Assembly (NCBI GenBank): GCA_965262915.1 | Contig: OZ253564.1 | Location: 4,960,001 to 5,024,000, forward strand | Direction: 5' to 3' | Origin: Candidatus Spongiisociaceae bacterium | Lineage (GTDB): Bacteria; Actinomycetota; Acidimicrobiia; Spongiisociales; Spongiisociaceae | Length of the DNA: 64,000 nucleotides | In this document: piece after piece, positions 1 to 10,122 of the stretch | How positions within the stretch are numbered: position 1 is the first letter of the stretch | How the letters are laid out: each line of letters begins with the position of its first letter | Made by a program: the position numbers and the translations under genes | Notes under the pieces: generated by a model | What the model was told of the DNA's origin: nothing | What the model saw: only the letters and a program-made list of their open reading frames with translations | The model's database searches: none

Positions 1-1
1 G

Positions 2-1837
2 GCGCGCCAGCCCGAGCACCGGATCCTGGGCCGTGGCGCCGAGCTCATCCTCCGTCAGCTCCGCCGGGCGCCCCGGGAGTTCGGCGTCGGACTGGCCGCC
101 ACCAGCCTTTACGCGGTGGCCACGATCGTCTCCTCCTATGTGATCGGCTGGGCCACCGACTCGGTCTTGCTTCCCTCCGCCCAGCGAGGGGAACTCACGA
201 CCGCGTCCCTGGTAGCGCTTACCCTCGTGGTGGTGGGGGTGGGCGTGGCCAAAGGAATCGGGATCAGCCTGCGCCGCTACGGGGCCTACCGGGCGCAATA
301 CCGGCTGGAGCAGCGGGACCGGGTCGATGTCACCGACCACTACCTCGATCTACCGATCGAATGGCACCGCCGGCACCCGACCGGTCAGCTCCTGTCCAAC
401 GTCAACGCCGACGTGGAAGCGGCCTCCCAGATCGCCGCTCCCCTACCCATGGCCTTCGGGGTGGTGGTGATGCTGGCCATCATGTCGGTGCTTATGGTGG
501 TGACCGATCCGTTTCTGGCGCTGGTCGGATTCTCGATCATGCCGGCCATCATGGTCAACAACCTCTTCTACCAGCGGAAGATGCGGATCGCCGCCGCCGC
601 CGCTCAGCGGATCAGGGCAGAGGTGGCAGAGGTAGCCCACGAATCGTTCGATGCGGCGCTGGTGGTGAAGACCCTGGGCCGGGAGGAAACCGAGGCCAGC
701 CGGTTCGGCGCCCTGTCGGACAACCTTCGCTACAGCATGGTGGAACTGGGCAAGCTCAGGGCCGTCTTCGACCCGATAATGGAAGCCCTGCCCACCATCG
801 GTGTGCTGGCGGTGGTGGGGGTAGGCGCGTGGCGGGTCGACCAAGGTGTGATGACCGCCGGAACCCTGGTCACCTTCGCATACCTCTTCCGCCTCATCGC
901 CCTGCCCATGAGGGTGTTCGCCTGGTTGCTCGGGCAGCTTCCCACCGCAGTGGTAGGTCTTAACCGTATAGAGGCGGTTCTGTCCGAGCGAGGGACGGTG
1001 GCCTACGGCCCGCAACACGTTCCGGGACGCGGCGCCGTGGAGGCGGAAGCCCGGAATGCTTCCTACCTCCATCCGGAAGCATCACTCGCCGACCTCGACG
1101 GTGAGCACAGCCGGCCCGAATCCCCGCCACTCGAAGGCCATGACCCAACCGACGACGACCGGCGAGGTGTCGAGTCGATCTCCTTCAAGACCCCGCCGGG
1201 CCATACGGTGGCCCTCGTGGGCCCTACCGGGTCGGGCAAGTCGACCGTGGCCCAGCTGCTGGTTCGCCTGTTCGATCCCGACTCCGGCTCCATCCGACTC
1301 GACGGAACCCCCCTTCCCGATCTGTCCCGGCCTGTCATGGGGAGTTCCGTAGACCTGGTATTCCAGGAGCCCTTCCTGTTCAATACCACGGTTCGGGAAA
1401 ACATCACCCTTGGCGGCGGCTACGCAGAGGACGAGATCCTGACCGCCACCCGGCTGGCTCAAGCTCACGAGTTCATAACCGAGTTGCCCGAGGGTTACTC
1501 GACCGTGCTCGGGGAGCGAGGCGCCAACCTGTCCGGAGGTCAGCGGCAGCGGGTCGCGCTGGCGCGGGCGCTGGTCCGCCGACCCCGGCTTCTGGTGCTG
1601 GACGATGCCACTTCCGCAGTGGATCCGGCGGTCGAGAGGGCCATCTTCGACGGCCTGACGACTCTGGATACCACCGTGATCATGGTGGCCTACCGCCGAG
1701 CCTCGATCATGCCGGCCGACGAGGTCATCTTCATAGAGGAGGGCCGCATCACCGGTCGGGGAGCCCACGACGAGCTGTACGAGACACTCCCCGCCTATGC
1801 GGCTCTCATCGACGCCTACGAGGTGGACGGGCAATGA
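2..1837 (+). CDS. ABC exporter subunit 1 (fused TMD+NBD), 5'-truncated by the window edge
   Basis: Frame open from position 2; TM helices, Walker A GPTGSGKST, signature LSGGQRQ; degenerate Walker B (LDDATS) and switch (AYR). Confidence 0.93.
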   Translation, partial: ARQPEHRILGRGAELILRQLRRAPREFGVGLAATSLYAVATIVSSYVIGWATDSVLLPSAQRGELTTASLVALTLVVVGVGVAKGIGISLRRYGAYRAQYRLEQRDRVDVTDHYLDLPIEWHRRHPTGQLLSNVNADVEAASQIAAPLPMAFGVVVMLAIMSVLMVVTDPFLALVGFSIMPAIMVNNLFYQRKMRIAAAAAQRIRAEVAEVAHESFDAALVVKTLGREETEASRFGALSDNLRYSMVELGKLRAVFDPIMEALPTIGVLAVVGVGAWRVDQGVMTAGTLVTFAYLFRLIALPMRVFAWLLGQLPTAVVGLNRIEAVLSERGTVAYGPQHVPGRGAVEAEARNASYLHPEASLADLDGEHSRPESPPLEGHDPTDDDRRGVESISFKTPPGHTVALVGPTGSGKSTVAQLLVRLFDPDSGSIRLDGTPLPDLSRPVMGSSVDLVFQEPFLFNTTVRENITLGGGYAEDEILTATRLAQAHEFITELPEGYSTVLGERGANLSGGQRQRVALARALVRRPRLLVLDDATSAVDPAVERAIFDGLTTLDTTVIMVAYRRASIMPADEVIFIEEGRITGRGAHDELYETLPAYAALIDAYEVDGQ

Positions 1838-3672
1838 CGGTGTCAAGGCACGCCGGAGTGAGCCTGGACCGGTCCGATGTCGGGGCGTGGGAGACCGTCA
1901 AGCGGGGCCTGAGGCTGTCGCCCGAACTCCGCCGGGGCATAGGCGTCAGCCTGGTACTCGCCCTGCTTGCCACGGCGGGTCGGGTAATCATCCCGGTGGC
2001 TATTCAACAAGTCCTGGACGGGGGCCTGACCGGAACCAGTGTCGACATGGGTTTCGTGGGGCGAATGATCGGGTTGTCGGTACTGGCCGTGCTGATCACC
2101 GCGGTGGCAACGGGGCTGATGCACCTTCGCCTGGCCCGCGTGTCGGAGGCGGCGCTGTCCGGCCTCCGGATCAGGGCCTTCCGCCACATCCACGACCTGT
2201 CGATGCTCCACCAGGCTTCGGAGCAGCGGGGCGTCCTGGTATCCAGAGTGACCTCCGACGTGGACCAGATCAGCCGCTTCATGCAGTGGGCGGGTCTGAT
2301 GATCATCGTCAATGCCGGCCAAGCCCTCCTCTCCATGGTGGTGATGGCCGTGTACTCGTGGCAGCTGTTCCTCACCGTTATGGCTGTCCTACCGGTGATC
2401 CTCTTCGTAATCCGCTGGTTTCAGTCCAGGCTGGCCGACGCCTACCTGATCGTCAGGGAGAAGGTGGGGAAGTTGCTCGGCGCCCTGGCCGAGGTGGTGG
2501 TCGGCGCTCCGGTGATCCGGGCTTACGGGATCGAGGAGCGAGTGCGGGCCGATCTGAGCCGGGCCATCGAGGACCACCGGTCGTCTGCCTCCCGGGCCGG
2601 CGGCATCTCGTCCGGTTTCTCCGGCGTCAGCGAGGTCCTCACATCAGCCGTCACCGCCGCCGTACTGGTTGTGGGCGCCGCGCTGACCGTCGGAGACGAC
2701 ACGTCGATCGGCACCGTGGTCGCTTTCCTATTCCTGGTACAGCTGTTCATATTGCCCATCCAGCTCTTCGGCGAAGCTGTCAACGAAGCCCAGTCCGCGG
2801 TGGCCGGATGGCGAAGGGTTCTCGACGTTCTGGACATACCCCCCGACGTAGCCGATCCGGGAGAGACCGGAGTGGACCTCCCCCGCGGTTCGTTCGGGGT
2901 CCGGTTCGAGAACGTGTCTTTCCGCTACCCGTTATCGGGTGAGAGGGCCCGCGAAGCCACCGGGGTGATGGCGATCGGAAGAGTCACCGTGCAACTCGAT
3001 CCGCGTACCCATGTTGCGGTGGTCGGGGAAACCGGGTCCGGCAAGACCACTTTCGCCAAACTGGCCACGCGGCTCATGGACCCCACGTCGGGGCGAGTGG
3101 TGCTGGGAAACGTGGATGTCTCGCGGGTCCGGTTCGGATCCCTGCGGGACCGGGTGGTCATGGTGCCCCAGGATGGCATGCTGTTCCGCGGCTCGATACT
3201 CGACAACGTCCGGATGGGCAAACCCCACGCCACCATGGCCGAGGTTGAGAAGGCCTTCGCTCGGCTCGGACTGCACGGCTGGCTGGCAGAGCTGGGACAG
3301 GGACTCGACACGCAAGTGGGAGAGCGGGGATCGGCCCTCTCGGTCGGCGAGCGTCAACTGGTCACCCTGGTGAGGGCGGCGATTGCCGATCCCGACCTGC
3401 TGGTTCTGGACGAGGCCACATCCGCGGTGGACCCGGCCACCGAGGTGCGTATCTCCAGGGCACTGGGCGAGCTCACCGCCGGACGCACCGTGGTCACCAT
3501 CGCCCACCGGCTGTCCACGGCCGAAGTTGCAGACCGGGTGCTCGTGTTCGATGCGGGCCGGGTGGTCCAGGACGGCCCCCACCGGCGGTTGATCGCCGAG
3601 GGAGGCGCGTATGGACGGCTTCACGAGGCCTGGGAGAGGGGAACCTCCGAACGGGCAGTCGGGTCGGGATAG
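1834..3672 (+). CDS. ABC exporter subunit 2 (fused TMD+NBD), heterodimer partner
   Basis: ATGA overlap with previous gene; GETGSGKTT, LDEATSAVD, IAHRLST; degenerate signature LSVGERQ. Confidence 0.93.
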   Translation: MTVSRHAGVSLDRSDVGAWETVKRGLRLSPELRRGIGVSLVLALLATAGRVIIPVAIQQVLDGGLTGTSVDMGFVGRMIGLSVLAVLITAVATGLMHLRLARVSEAALSGLRIRAFRHIHDLSMLHQASEQRGVLVSRVTSDVDQISRFMQWAGLMIIVNAGQALLSMVVMAVYSWQLFLTVMAVLPVILFVIRWFQSRLADAYLIVREKVGKLLGALAEVVVGAPVIRAYGIEERVRADLSRAIEDHRSSASRAGGISSGFSGVSEVLTSAVTAAVLVVGAALTVGDDTSIGTVVAFLFLVQLFILPIQLFGEAVNEAQSAVAGWRRVLDVLDIPPDVADPGETGVDLPRGSFGVRFENVSFRYPLSGERAREATGVMAIGRVTVQLDPRTHVAVVGETGSGKTTFAKLATRLMDPTSGRVVLGNVDVSRVRFGSLRDRVVMVPQDGMLFRGSILDNVRMGKPHATMAEVEKAFARLGLHGWLAELGQGLDTQVGERGSALSVGERQLVTLVRAAIADPDLLVLDEATSAVDPATEVRISRALGELTAGRTVVTIAHRLSTAEVADRVLVFDAGRVVQDGPHRRLIAEGGAYGRLHEAWERGTSERAVGSG

Positions 3673-3714
3673 GCACGACGGTTTTATCCACCACCCGGGC
3701 AGCCCCCTACGGCG

Positions 3715-4329
3715 TCACATACGCTTGCTCAGATCGACGGGAACCTGATACCGGGGACCGCCAATCGGTTGACCCGGCGCAGGCGGCCCCAGGAAGGTCA
3801 CGCTCTCGTAGAAGTCGTCCAGCGCGATGAACCGACCGTTTCGCTCCGCCCACTGCCTCATCCGGGTGTTGCAACTGTGACGCCAGGATATGACCTCGAT
3901 GTCCCAGCCTCGACTGTGCATACGCTCCAGGTCAGCATGAAAACCAACACCGCCATCGAAGCCCGCACCGTCGCCGGTGAGCAGGACCGCAATACCGGGA
4001 TCTCCGTTGTAGTCGTACCCGTCGCGCAGCATCGCATTTGACAAAGTCTGGTCCACGCCCTGTTCTCGCCCATGCGTCGTGCCGCGTTCCAATAGATGAA
4101 CGGAGACACCCTCGCCCTCCAGCCGGTTCCAGACGTGCCGCAACTCCGGCGGAATGGAACCTACCGCCACCGCGTGTTCGATCTGTCGTCCCGCGCGTGC
4201 CAACTCGAGCAGGTTCCGGAAGTCGATACGAACCCGGTATCGGGCAGCTGCGCCTTCCCTCTCAACCGCAACATGCTGCGCGCTGATGAAGATGTTGGAG
4301 TTGTCCCAGTAGAGGAACACTCTGTCCAT
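3715..4329 (-). CDS. NYN domain (LabA/DUF88, PIN-like) putative ribonuclease
   Basis: Motifs YWDNSN, EQGVD, LLTGDG, EVISW, IALDD typical of NYN domains. Confidence 0.8.
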   Translation of the reverse strand: MDRVFLYWDNSNIFISAQHVAVEREGAAARYRVRIDFRNLLELARAGRQIEHAVAVGSIPPELRHVWNRLEGEGVSVHLLERGTTHGREQGVDQTLSNAMLRDGYDYNGDPGIAVLLTGDGAGFDGGVGFHADLERMHSRGWDIEVISWRHSCNTRMRQWAERNGRFIALDDFYESVTFLGPPAPGQPIGGPRYQVPVDLSKRM

Positions 4330-4520
4330 GACGACCTCCGTGGCCAATCGATGCCAAATAGCGACTCAACCGACCATCGGTCCAATGCCGGCCGGGCGGC
4401 CCACCTGGGATATCAACAAGCCGAAGTCCTTACTCGTTCCGGTTGTTGCGCTCAGGAAGCGAATCCGATTCTGCAGCTAGCCGGTCGGTACTCTCGGCGC
4501 TCTCGGTCCGGGAGCCGAGG

Positions 4521-5282
4521 CTACTTGGGTCCCATCCTGATGCCGCCGTCCATGCGGATCGTCTCCCCGTTCATGTACGCGTGAGTAACGAGGAACAATA
4601 CTATATCAGCGTACTCGTCGGGTCGGCCCAGACGCTTGGGATGGAGGACCTGCATGCCGAGCGACGCCTTGGCGGGCTCGGGCAGACCGGCCAGCAAGGG
4701 GGTGTCGATGATCCCGGGGGCGACGGTGCTGACCCGGATGCCGAGAACCGAGAGGTCGCGGGCGATCGGCAGCGTCATGCCCACGATCCCGCCCTTGGAG
4801 GCCGAGTATGCGGCCTGGCCGATCTGGCCGTCGTAGGCGGCCACCGAGGACGTGTTGATGATGGCGCCCCTATCGTTGTTCTCGTCAGGCTGGTTCCCCA
4901 TCATCGCGGACGCCGCGACGCGGATCGTGTTGAAGGTCCCCACCAGGTTGATCTCGATCACCTTGCGGAACAGGGCCAGGGAATGCGGGGTCCCGTCCCG
5001 GGCGAGAGTCCGGCACGGCGGCCCGATCCCCGCGCAGTTCACAACCACCCGTATCTCGCCCAACTGCGCGGCCGCGTCCACCCCGGCCACCACATCGTCC
5101 TCCCTGGTCACGTCACAGTGGGCGAAGACGCCCCCCAGTTCGTCGGCAACCGCCTCACCCAGATCGTCGTTGATGTCGAGGATCGCCGCTTTCATGCCGG
5201 CACCGGCCAACTTTCGGGCGGCGGCCGCCCCGAGTCCCGATGCTCCGCCGGTCACAACCGCCACAGCTCCGTTGAGGTCCAT
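4521..5282 (-). CDS. SDR family 3-hydroxyacyl-CoA dehydrogenase (HSD10/type-2-like)
   Basis: TGGASGLG, VNCAGI, GQAAYSASKGG, NGETIRMDGG. Confidence 0.93.
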   Translation of the reverse strand: MDLNGAVAVVTGGASGLGAAAARKLAGAGMKAAILDINDDLGEAVADELGGVFAHCDVTREDDVVAGVDAAAQLGEIRVVVNCAGIGPPCRTLARDGTPHSLALFRKVIEINLVGTFNTIRVAASAMMGNQPDENNDRGAIINTSSVAAYDGQIGQAAYSASKGGIVGMTLPIARDLSVLGIRVSTVAPGIIDTPLLAGLPEPAKASLGMQVLHPKRLGRPDEYADIVLFLVTHAYMNGETIRMDGGIRMGPK

Positions 5283-5421
5283 ACCTTCCTTACCTTTCTT
5301 TCCTTAACTCGACCGACGCTACCCGCCCGGAAGCTCATACCAGAACCCGGCTCCGAATTCTTTCGCGGTCACGGCCACGAGGATGGAGTGAGCACCCGGT
5401 ATCGAGCAGGTCGATGCCATC

Positions 5422-6531
5422 ATGGTCATCGCGCCAGGACAGCTATCGGAGGAGGGATGGGTGCCGACGCGGAGCGCCAAGCCAAACCAGAGTAACCGAT
5501 CCCACTCCCCGGACCCTCGTGCCGGTGATCGGCCGTCCTCCCGTACCGTTATCTATACCGACGGAGCCTGTTCCGGCAATCCCGGCCCGGGCGGATGGGC
5601 CTGGGTGATCCCGGGCGGGCGCTACCGGAGTGGGGCGGAGCGGCACACCACGAACCAGCGTATGGAACTGGCGGCCGCGCTAGACGCGGTGAGAACCGTC
5701 GAGGGTGCTCTGGAAATCGTCAGCGATTCGACCTACGTGGTGAACTGCTTCCGGCAGCGCTGGTGGGAGGGCTGGCTCAGCCGAGGCTGGGTGAACTCCA
5801 AGAAGCAGCCCGTGGCGAACCGCGACCTGTGGGAACCGCTGGTGGAGATATACCGCGCCCGATCGATCACCTTCCGGTGGGTGAAGGGACACGCGGGCAA
5901 CAAGTGGAACGACGCCGCCGATCGGCTGGCGGTGGAGGCGTCGCTGACCCAGCGAGGGACCGATGGAGAAGGCCCTCCGCCTGCAGAGCCGATCGCATCC
6001 GCCCGGCGGGACGGTTCCCACCAGCAAGGTCGTCCGGAACGGCCGCATTCCAAACCCCCCGAGGAGGACCTCCCACCCGGACACACCGTGGTGTACACCG
6101 ACGGGGACACCCCGGGCCACTCGGGCCCGGGCGGATGGGCCTGGATGGTGCCGGGACGGCGTTACCGGAGCGGAGCCGAGGAGCGCACCACCACCCGCCG
6201 CATGGAGTTGACGGCCGCCCTCGACGCGGTGCGGGAACTCGAAGGCGCCTTGGAGGTCGTGAGCGACTCGACCTACGTGGTGAACTGCTTCCGGAACCGC
6301 TGGTGGGAAGCCTGGCTCAGGCGGGACTGGGCGAACTCGAAGGGCAAGCCGGTGGCGAACCGCGACCTGTGGGAACCGCTCATCGAGATGTACCGGGCCA
6401 GACCGATCGGCTTCCGGCTGGCGGGACCGGAGGACGACCAGTGGACCGGCGCCACCGGATGGCTGGCCACCGAGGCGGCCCGGACCCAGCAGGGAGCCCG
6501 GGGAGAGGTGCCACAACCCCCTGCGTGGTAA
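5422..6531 (+). CDS. rnhA: Ribonuclease HI with two tandem RNase H domains (second degenerate)
   Basis: Domain 1: YTDGACSGNPGPGGW, TNQRMEL, SDSTYV, WVKGHAG..NDAADRLA. Domain 2 repeats these but lacks the His and the final Asp. Confidence 0.9.
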   Translation: MVIAPGQLSEEGWVPTRSAKPNQSNRSHSPDPRAGDRPSSRTVIYTDGACSGNPGPGGWAWVIPGGRYRSGAERHTTNQRMELAAALDAVRTVEGALEIVSDSTYVVNCFRQRWWEGWLSRGWVNSKKQPVANRDLWEPLVEIYRARSITFRWVKGHAGNKWNDAADRLAVEASLTQRGTDGEGPPPAEPIASARRDGSHQQGRPERPHSKPPEEDLPPGHTVVYTDGDTPGHSGPGGWAWMVPGRRYRSGAEERTTTRRMELTAALDAVRELEGALEVVSDSTYVVNCFRNRWWEAWLRRDWANSKGKPVANRDLWEPLIEMYRARPIGFRLAGPEDDQWTGATGWLATEAARTQQGARGEVPQPPAW

Positions 6532-6553
6532 GGAGGGCCACTCCGGTGCCGGG

Positions 6554-7237
6554 CTACGTACCGGCGACGGCCATCTCCCGGCGGAACTTCTTCCAGTCCG
6601 ACACCTTGGTGGACCAGAGGACATCGGTGACGATCGACCCCACGCCCACCGCCACCACCAGGAGAGTGGCCCACAGGGGTACTCCTGCGGCCAAGGCCGC
6701 CGGGACGAGGGCGAAAGGAACGAGTTTGCTCACGATGGCCCCCGAGGCATGCATCCAGGCTCTCCTCCTCGGGTCGGCGGCAAGGTACGTGGCGTAGTCG
6801 GTCTTCACGCCCGGCTGGGGGCGGCGCAGCGTGCCGACGAACCAATGGGTGAAGCGGATCCCGGCCAGCCGGCCCACCGCCAGGTGCGCCAGCCCGTGGG
6901 TGGCCACGAGGACGGCGCCCATCCCCGCCAGGAGCAGTACGCCGTTCCACGGCTCCTCGGTGTAGTAGGCGAGACCCACCAGAACCAGTCCTACCGCCGT
7001 GCCGAGGACCGCCGCCGCGGTGCCCAACCCGACCGGGATGGTGAGCAGCGCCCACCGCTCGAACGCCTCACGGTCGATGGCGGCGATCCGCCCGCCCGAC
7101 TCCTCCACCAACCCCGGAGCCCGCTTGACGGCCTCCACCGCCGCCCAGAAACCGGATCCCGCGAGCCCGGCGGCGGGATCACCGGCCAACCTCGCCTCGA
7201 CAGCGTCGAGTATCCTGCCGACCTCGTCCCGATCCAT
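6554..7237 (-). CDS. Hypothetical membrane protein
   Basis: GC-rich coding ORF with several hydrophobic helices; start placed at MDRDEV after a purine-rich RBS. Confidence 0.7.
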   Translation of the reverse strand: MDRDEVGRILDAVEARLAGDPAAGLAGSGFWAAVEAVKRAPGLVEESGGRIAAIDREAFERWALLTIPVGLGTAAAVLGTAVGLVLVGLAYYTEEPWNGVLLLAGMGAVLVATHGLAHLAVGRLAGIRFTHWFVGTLRRPQPGVKTDYATYLAADPRRRAWMHASGAIVSKLVPFALVPAALAAGVPLWATLLVVAVGVGSIVTDVLWSTKVSDWKKFRREMAVAGT

Positions 7238-7332
7238 CCCGCCTCTCCCGTTCCGCCTCTCCAATCCTACTGTGAGCCGATTCCTAGCAGAGTGCCCGAC
7301 ACCCCGGGCCGCTCCCGGCTCGCCGTACACCT

Positions 7333-7437
7333 CCAGGAGAATGCTGAAAAACGGGTAAACGGTTGGCCCATCGTCCGCTGACATGGCATTTTGTCATCGA
7401 CCGTCGGGCGAACGGGGAGGTCTCGGCACTCTCCTAA
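7333..7437. repeat. Intergenic MITE-like/hairpin element, copy 1
   Basis: Core GGAGAATGCYGAAAAACGGGYAAAYGGTTGGCCCRTCGTCCGCTGACRTGGCAYTTTGTCATCGACCGTCGGGC shared with 58707-58819; imperfect terminal inverted repeats. Confidence 0.8.
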
Positions 7438-7479
7438 TGGGGGTCCACCACTTCTAGGAGCAAGGCTGAACACGTTCCG

Positions 7480-7560
7480 AGCCAGGTGGTGGTGGCGGGG
7501 GCGGGACCCGCCGGTAAACCGGCGGCCGCGGTTGTGGCGAACTCGGGGGCATGTCCCACC
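7480..7560 (+). pseudogene. Remnant of an FAD-dependent oxidoreductase N-terminus
   Basis: Reads SQVVVAGAGPAG (GxGxxG Rossmann motif) with no intact ORF. Confidence 0.4.
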
Positions 7561-8197
7561 TTTTCCGTTCACAGAGGTCGGGTGCCGACACTTCCCAACG
7601 GGTGGAGCCGAGTGCTCGGCTGGGATCCGCAGGAATGATGCAGACCGCCGATGTGGTGGGAGGAAACAGCTGTAACACGTGGTTTATAATAGATCTTCGA
7701 TATGAAACAATTAGAACTAGCGTATACCCATGCTATAGATGGGTCAACTTAGTTCAAGAGATTCAAATCGGGACAGTCTATTGTAGTAAGTATCAATATC
7801 CAGTGTATATATTCCAAGAATGTGACCGGAGTATGAGGATGGAATGGTTTGTTGAAAGTTTGAGGGTGGGACTGGCCGGAGATGGTGGGAAGCGGTATCG
7901 GGTCTCCGCGTCCAGGGGTACCGGATTCCTCCCCGCCGTCCGCCGGTGGGGATCAGTCGATGCAAGAGGTATTCCCGCGGTGCGTGTCGGCATATTTCGG
8001 ACAGGGAGACGGTCCGCAGAGGATGGAGGGAGGATGGAGATTCGCCATATCAATCCACGCCTAGGCCAGGATCACGAATAGCAACAGAGGATGCTATATC
8101 GGTATTGACACCGGTTATCGGCAGACCGGGTACCGGGACGATGCCAGACGACACGGGTGCCGCGCCCGGCCCGGATGCCTGTCCGCTGACCTTCCTG

Positions 8198-8683
8198 TTA
8201 CACGGGCGGTGGGACCGACTCGGGCTTTGCAAAGACGGTCTGTGTGACGTCGCTGAGCATCGTGAAAGTCCTGATCACGTCTTCAAGCTGTTCCGTATCC
8301 AGCAACTCTGCTATCTGCAGGATTCGCTCCCGACCGATGCCCCAAAAACGTTCCATGGTCTCCTGCCCCAGGGCAGTCGAGTCGCATTTGACCACTCTAC
8401 GGTCGTCTGGATCCGAGAGTCGCTCCACGAACCCCTTATCCACCAAGCGGTCTACGACGCCGGTGGTGGCCGAGAGGGTACTCCCCAAGTAGCCGGCAAT
8501 GTTGCTCATCCGCATCGGCCCCAGACATAGCAGCATGGCCAGGGTCCTAACCTGGGGGAAGGTCAAGCCCAGCCCTTTCCACTGCTCCAAGGGGCCGCCG
8601 TGCAGTTTGCCGTTCAGGTGCTCGGTCAACTCAATGACCTGCTCGATCAGTTCTTTCTTGTATTCGGTTCCCGCATGCTCCAA
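8198..8683 (-). CDS. MarR family transcriptional regulator
   Basis: LTFPQ...SATTGVVDRLVDKGFVERLSDPDDRRV winged-helix motif. Confidence 0.9.
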   Translation of the reverse strand: MEHAGTEYKKELIEQVIELTEHLNGKLHGGPLEQWKGLGLTFPQVRTLAMLLCLGPMRMSNIAGYLGSTLSATTGVVDRLVDKGFVERLSDPDDRRVVKCDSTALGQETMERFWGIGRERILQIAELLDTEQLEDVIRTFTMLSDVTQTVFAKPESVPPPV

Positions 8684-8875
8684 CGATATTGCCTTTGTCT
8701 CGCTATTAGCAACGAGTTGTTGTCGCCCGGTTTCGCGCGTCGTCTAAGGTGCATCATTCGGACACATAGCCACATGGGCATGGTCTCCGGTAGACGACAG
8801 GTAGTCGCGCCCCGATAAGATTATCCGCAACCTCCGAGACTGCCGGACAATAGCTCGTCAGCGCCATTGACAATA

Positions 8876-8922
8876 GCACGATAACGGCATAGCGTCAGCA
8901 GGATAACGGCATAGCGTCTGCA
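8876..8922. repeat. 22-bp tandem direct repeat upstream of marR
   Basis: GCACGATAACGGCATAGCGTCA followed by GCAGGATAACGGCATAGCGTCT. Confidence 0.7.
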
Positions 8923-9276
8923 ACAACATTAGTGCCAAGCACGATATTAATGGAAATCTTAATGATATGGTAAGCATCAATATTAATCCCATCGCACAAG
9001 GTAATACGGCTTTCGGGCAGTGCGCTCCGGTCACGTCGGACCATGTCGCGTCACCTAGCACCGCCACACAGCCAGCACCTCCTGGGCTGTCCGGCGCCAT
9101 CGGCCGGTTGTGCCGATCAGCGTCGATCCCGGCCGCGACCAACTTGGGCCCCGGCAACCGCTACCGAAACCAGATGTAAAGCCGGCCGCGACCGACCGTC
9201 CCCAGCTCGCCGGGGGGTGGCGCTGCGGTTGGCGGTAGTGTCAGTAGGGTGGGTGGCAGCAAGCGATCGGAGGATT

Positions 9277-9684
9277 GTGCTCACGCTCAGCGGACTGAAC
9301 TGGTTGGCGATCATCGTGGCGGCTATCGCATTCTTCGCCTTGGCGGCAATCTGGTACCAGCCACCTGTGATGGGTCGGAGGTGGATGGAGGCAGCCGGTG
9401 TCGAGCCATCCGGCGACGGACCCAACCCGTGGATCTTCGTAGGTACGCTGGTCGCCTACTTCATCATGGCGGTCGTCCTCGCCATGATCGCCCGGGGGAC
9501 CGGCGCCTCATCGTTCTCCGACGGACTCGTCCTGGGCCTCTCGACCGGTATCGTCTTCGTAGCTTCGCAAGCGTGGATCAACGCTACCTACGAAGGCAGA
9601 TCGAAGAAGCTGGTAATCGCCAACGGTGGCATCGGCATCATCGGACACGTCGTCATGGCGGTGATCGTCACCACTTGGGCTTAA
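9277..9684 (+). CDS. DUF1761 family membrane protein
   Basis: GGAGG RBS plus GTG; NWLAIIVAA..F.L.AIWY.P..G..W pattern. Confidence 0.8.
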   Translation: MLTLSGLNWLAIIVAAIAFFALAAIWYQPPVMGRRWMEAAGVEPSGDGPNPWIFVGTLVAYFIMAVVLAMIARGTGASSFSDGLVLGLSTGIVFVASQAWINATYEGRSKKLVIANGGIGIIGHVVMAVIVTTWA

Positions 9685-10122
9685 GAGGGTGTGCGGATAG
9701 GCGGACACGACTGCTCCTATCCGTAGACCCAACCCGGTTTCCCCGCCGGAGAACCCCTGGTCAGGGCCGTGGACTCGTCAACCGTCGCGGTCACTGTTTC
9801 CCCAGGTGACCACCTATCCGCACACCCTCTAGGTAGAACCTGGAGCAATCCCCCGGAAGCCGTCGCTCACCCAGGAACACCCGGATACCGGATATCGAAT
9901 GAGCTGATGTCGTTGGTGGTGTTTTTCTCCTGGAAGGGTTGGCTCTGATACCAACCGGAACCGAATACGAGCCATCACAGTTAGAGGGTGCGCTCGATGA
10001 GATCGGATTGCTTGACGTGCCCGGTTCGCCTTGCTGGACTCTGAGCCCTGCGAGGAGGTGGTCCATCCCGGCCCAAGCGGTCAACCGGTTTTCGATCATT
10101 GCGCCGACGAGTTGGGCTTGGT

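Noticed and set aside
2-3672. Degenerate ATPase motifs as a sign of ABC pseudogenisation
   Set aside because: Complementary degenerate and consensus sites are normal for heterodimeric ABC exporters.
7486-7510. TGGTGGCGGGGGCGGGA as a tRNA 3'-end att site
   Set aside because: It does not match tRNA-Lys and is better explained by the VVVAGAGPAG codons of an oxidoreductase remnant.
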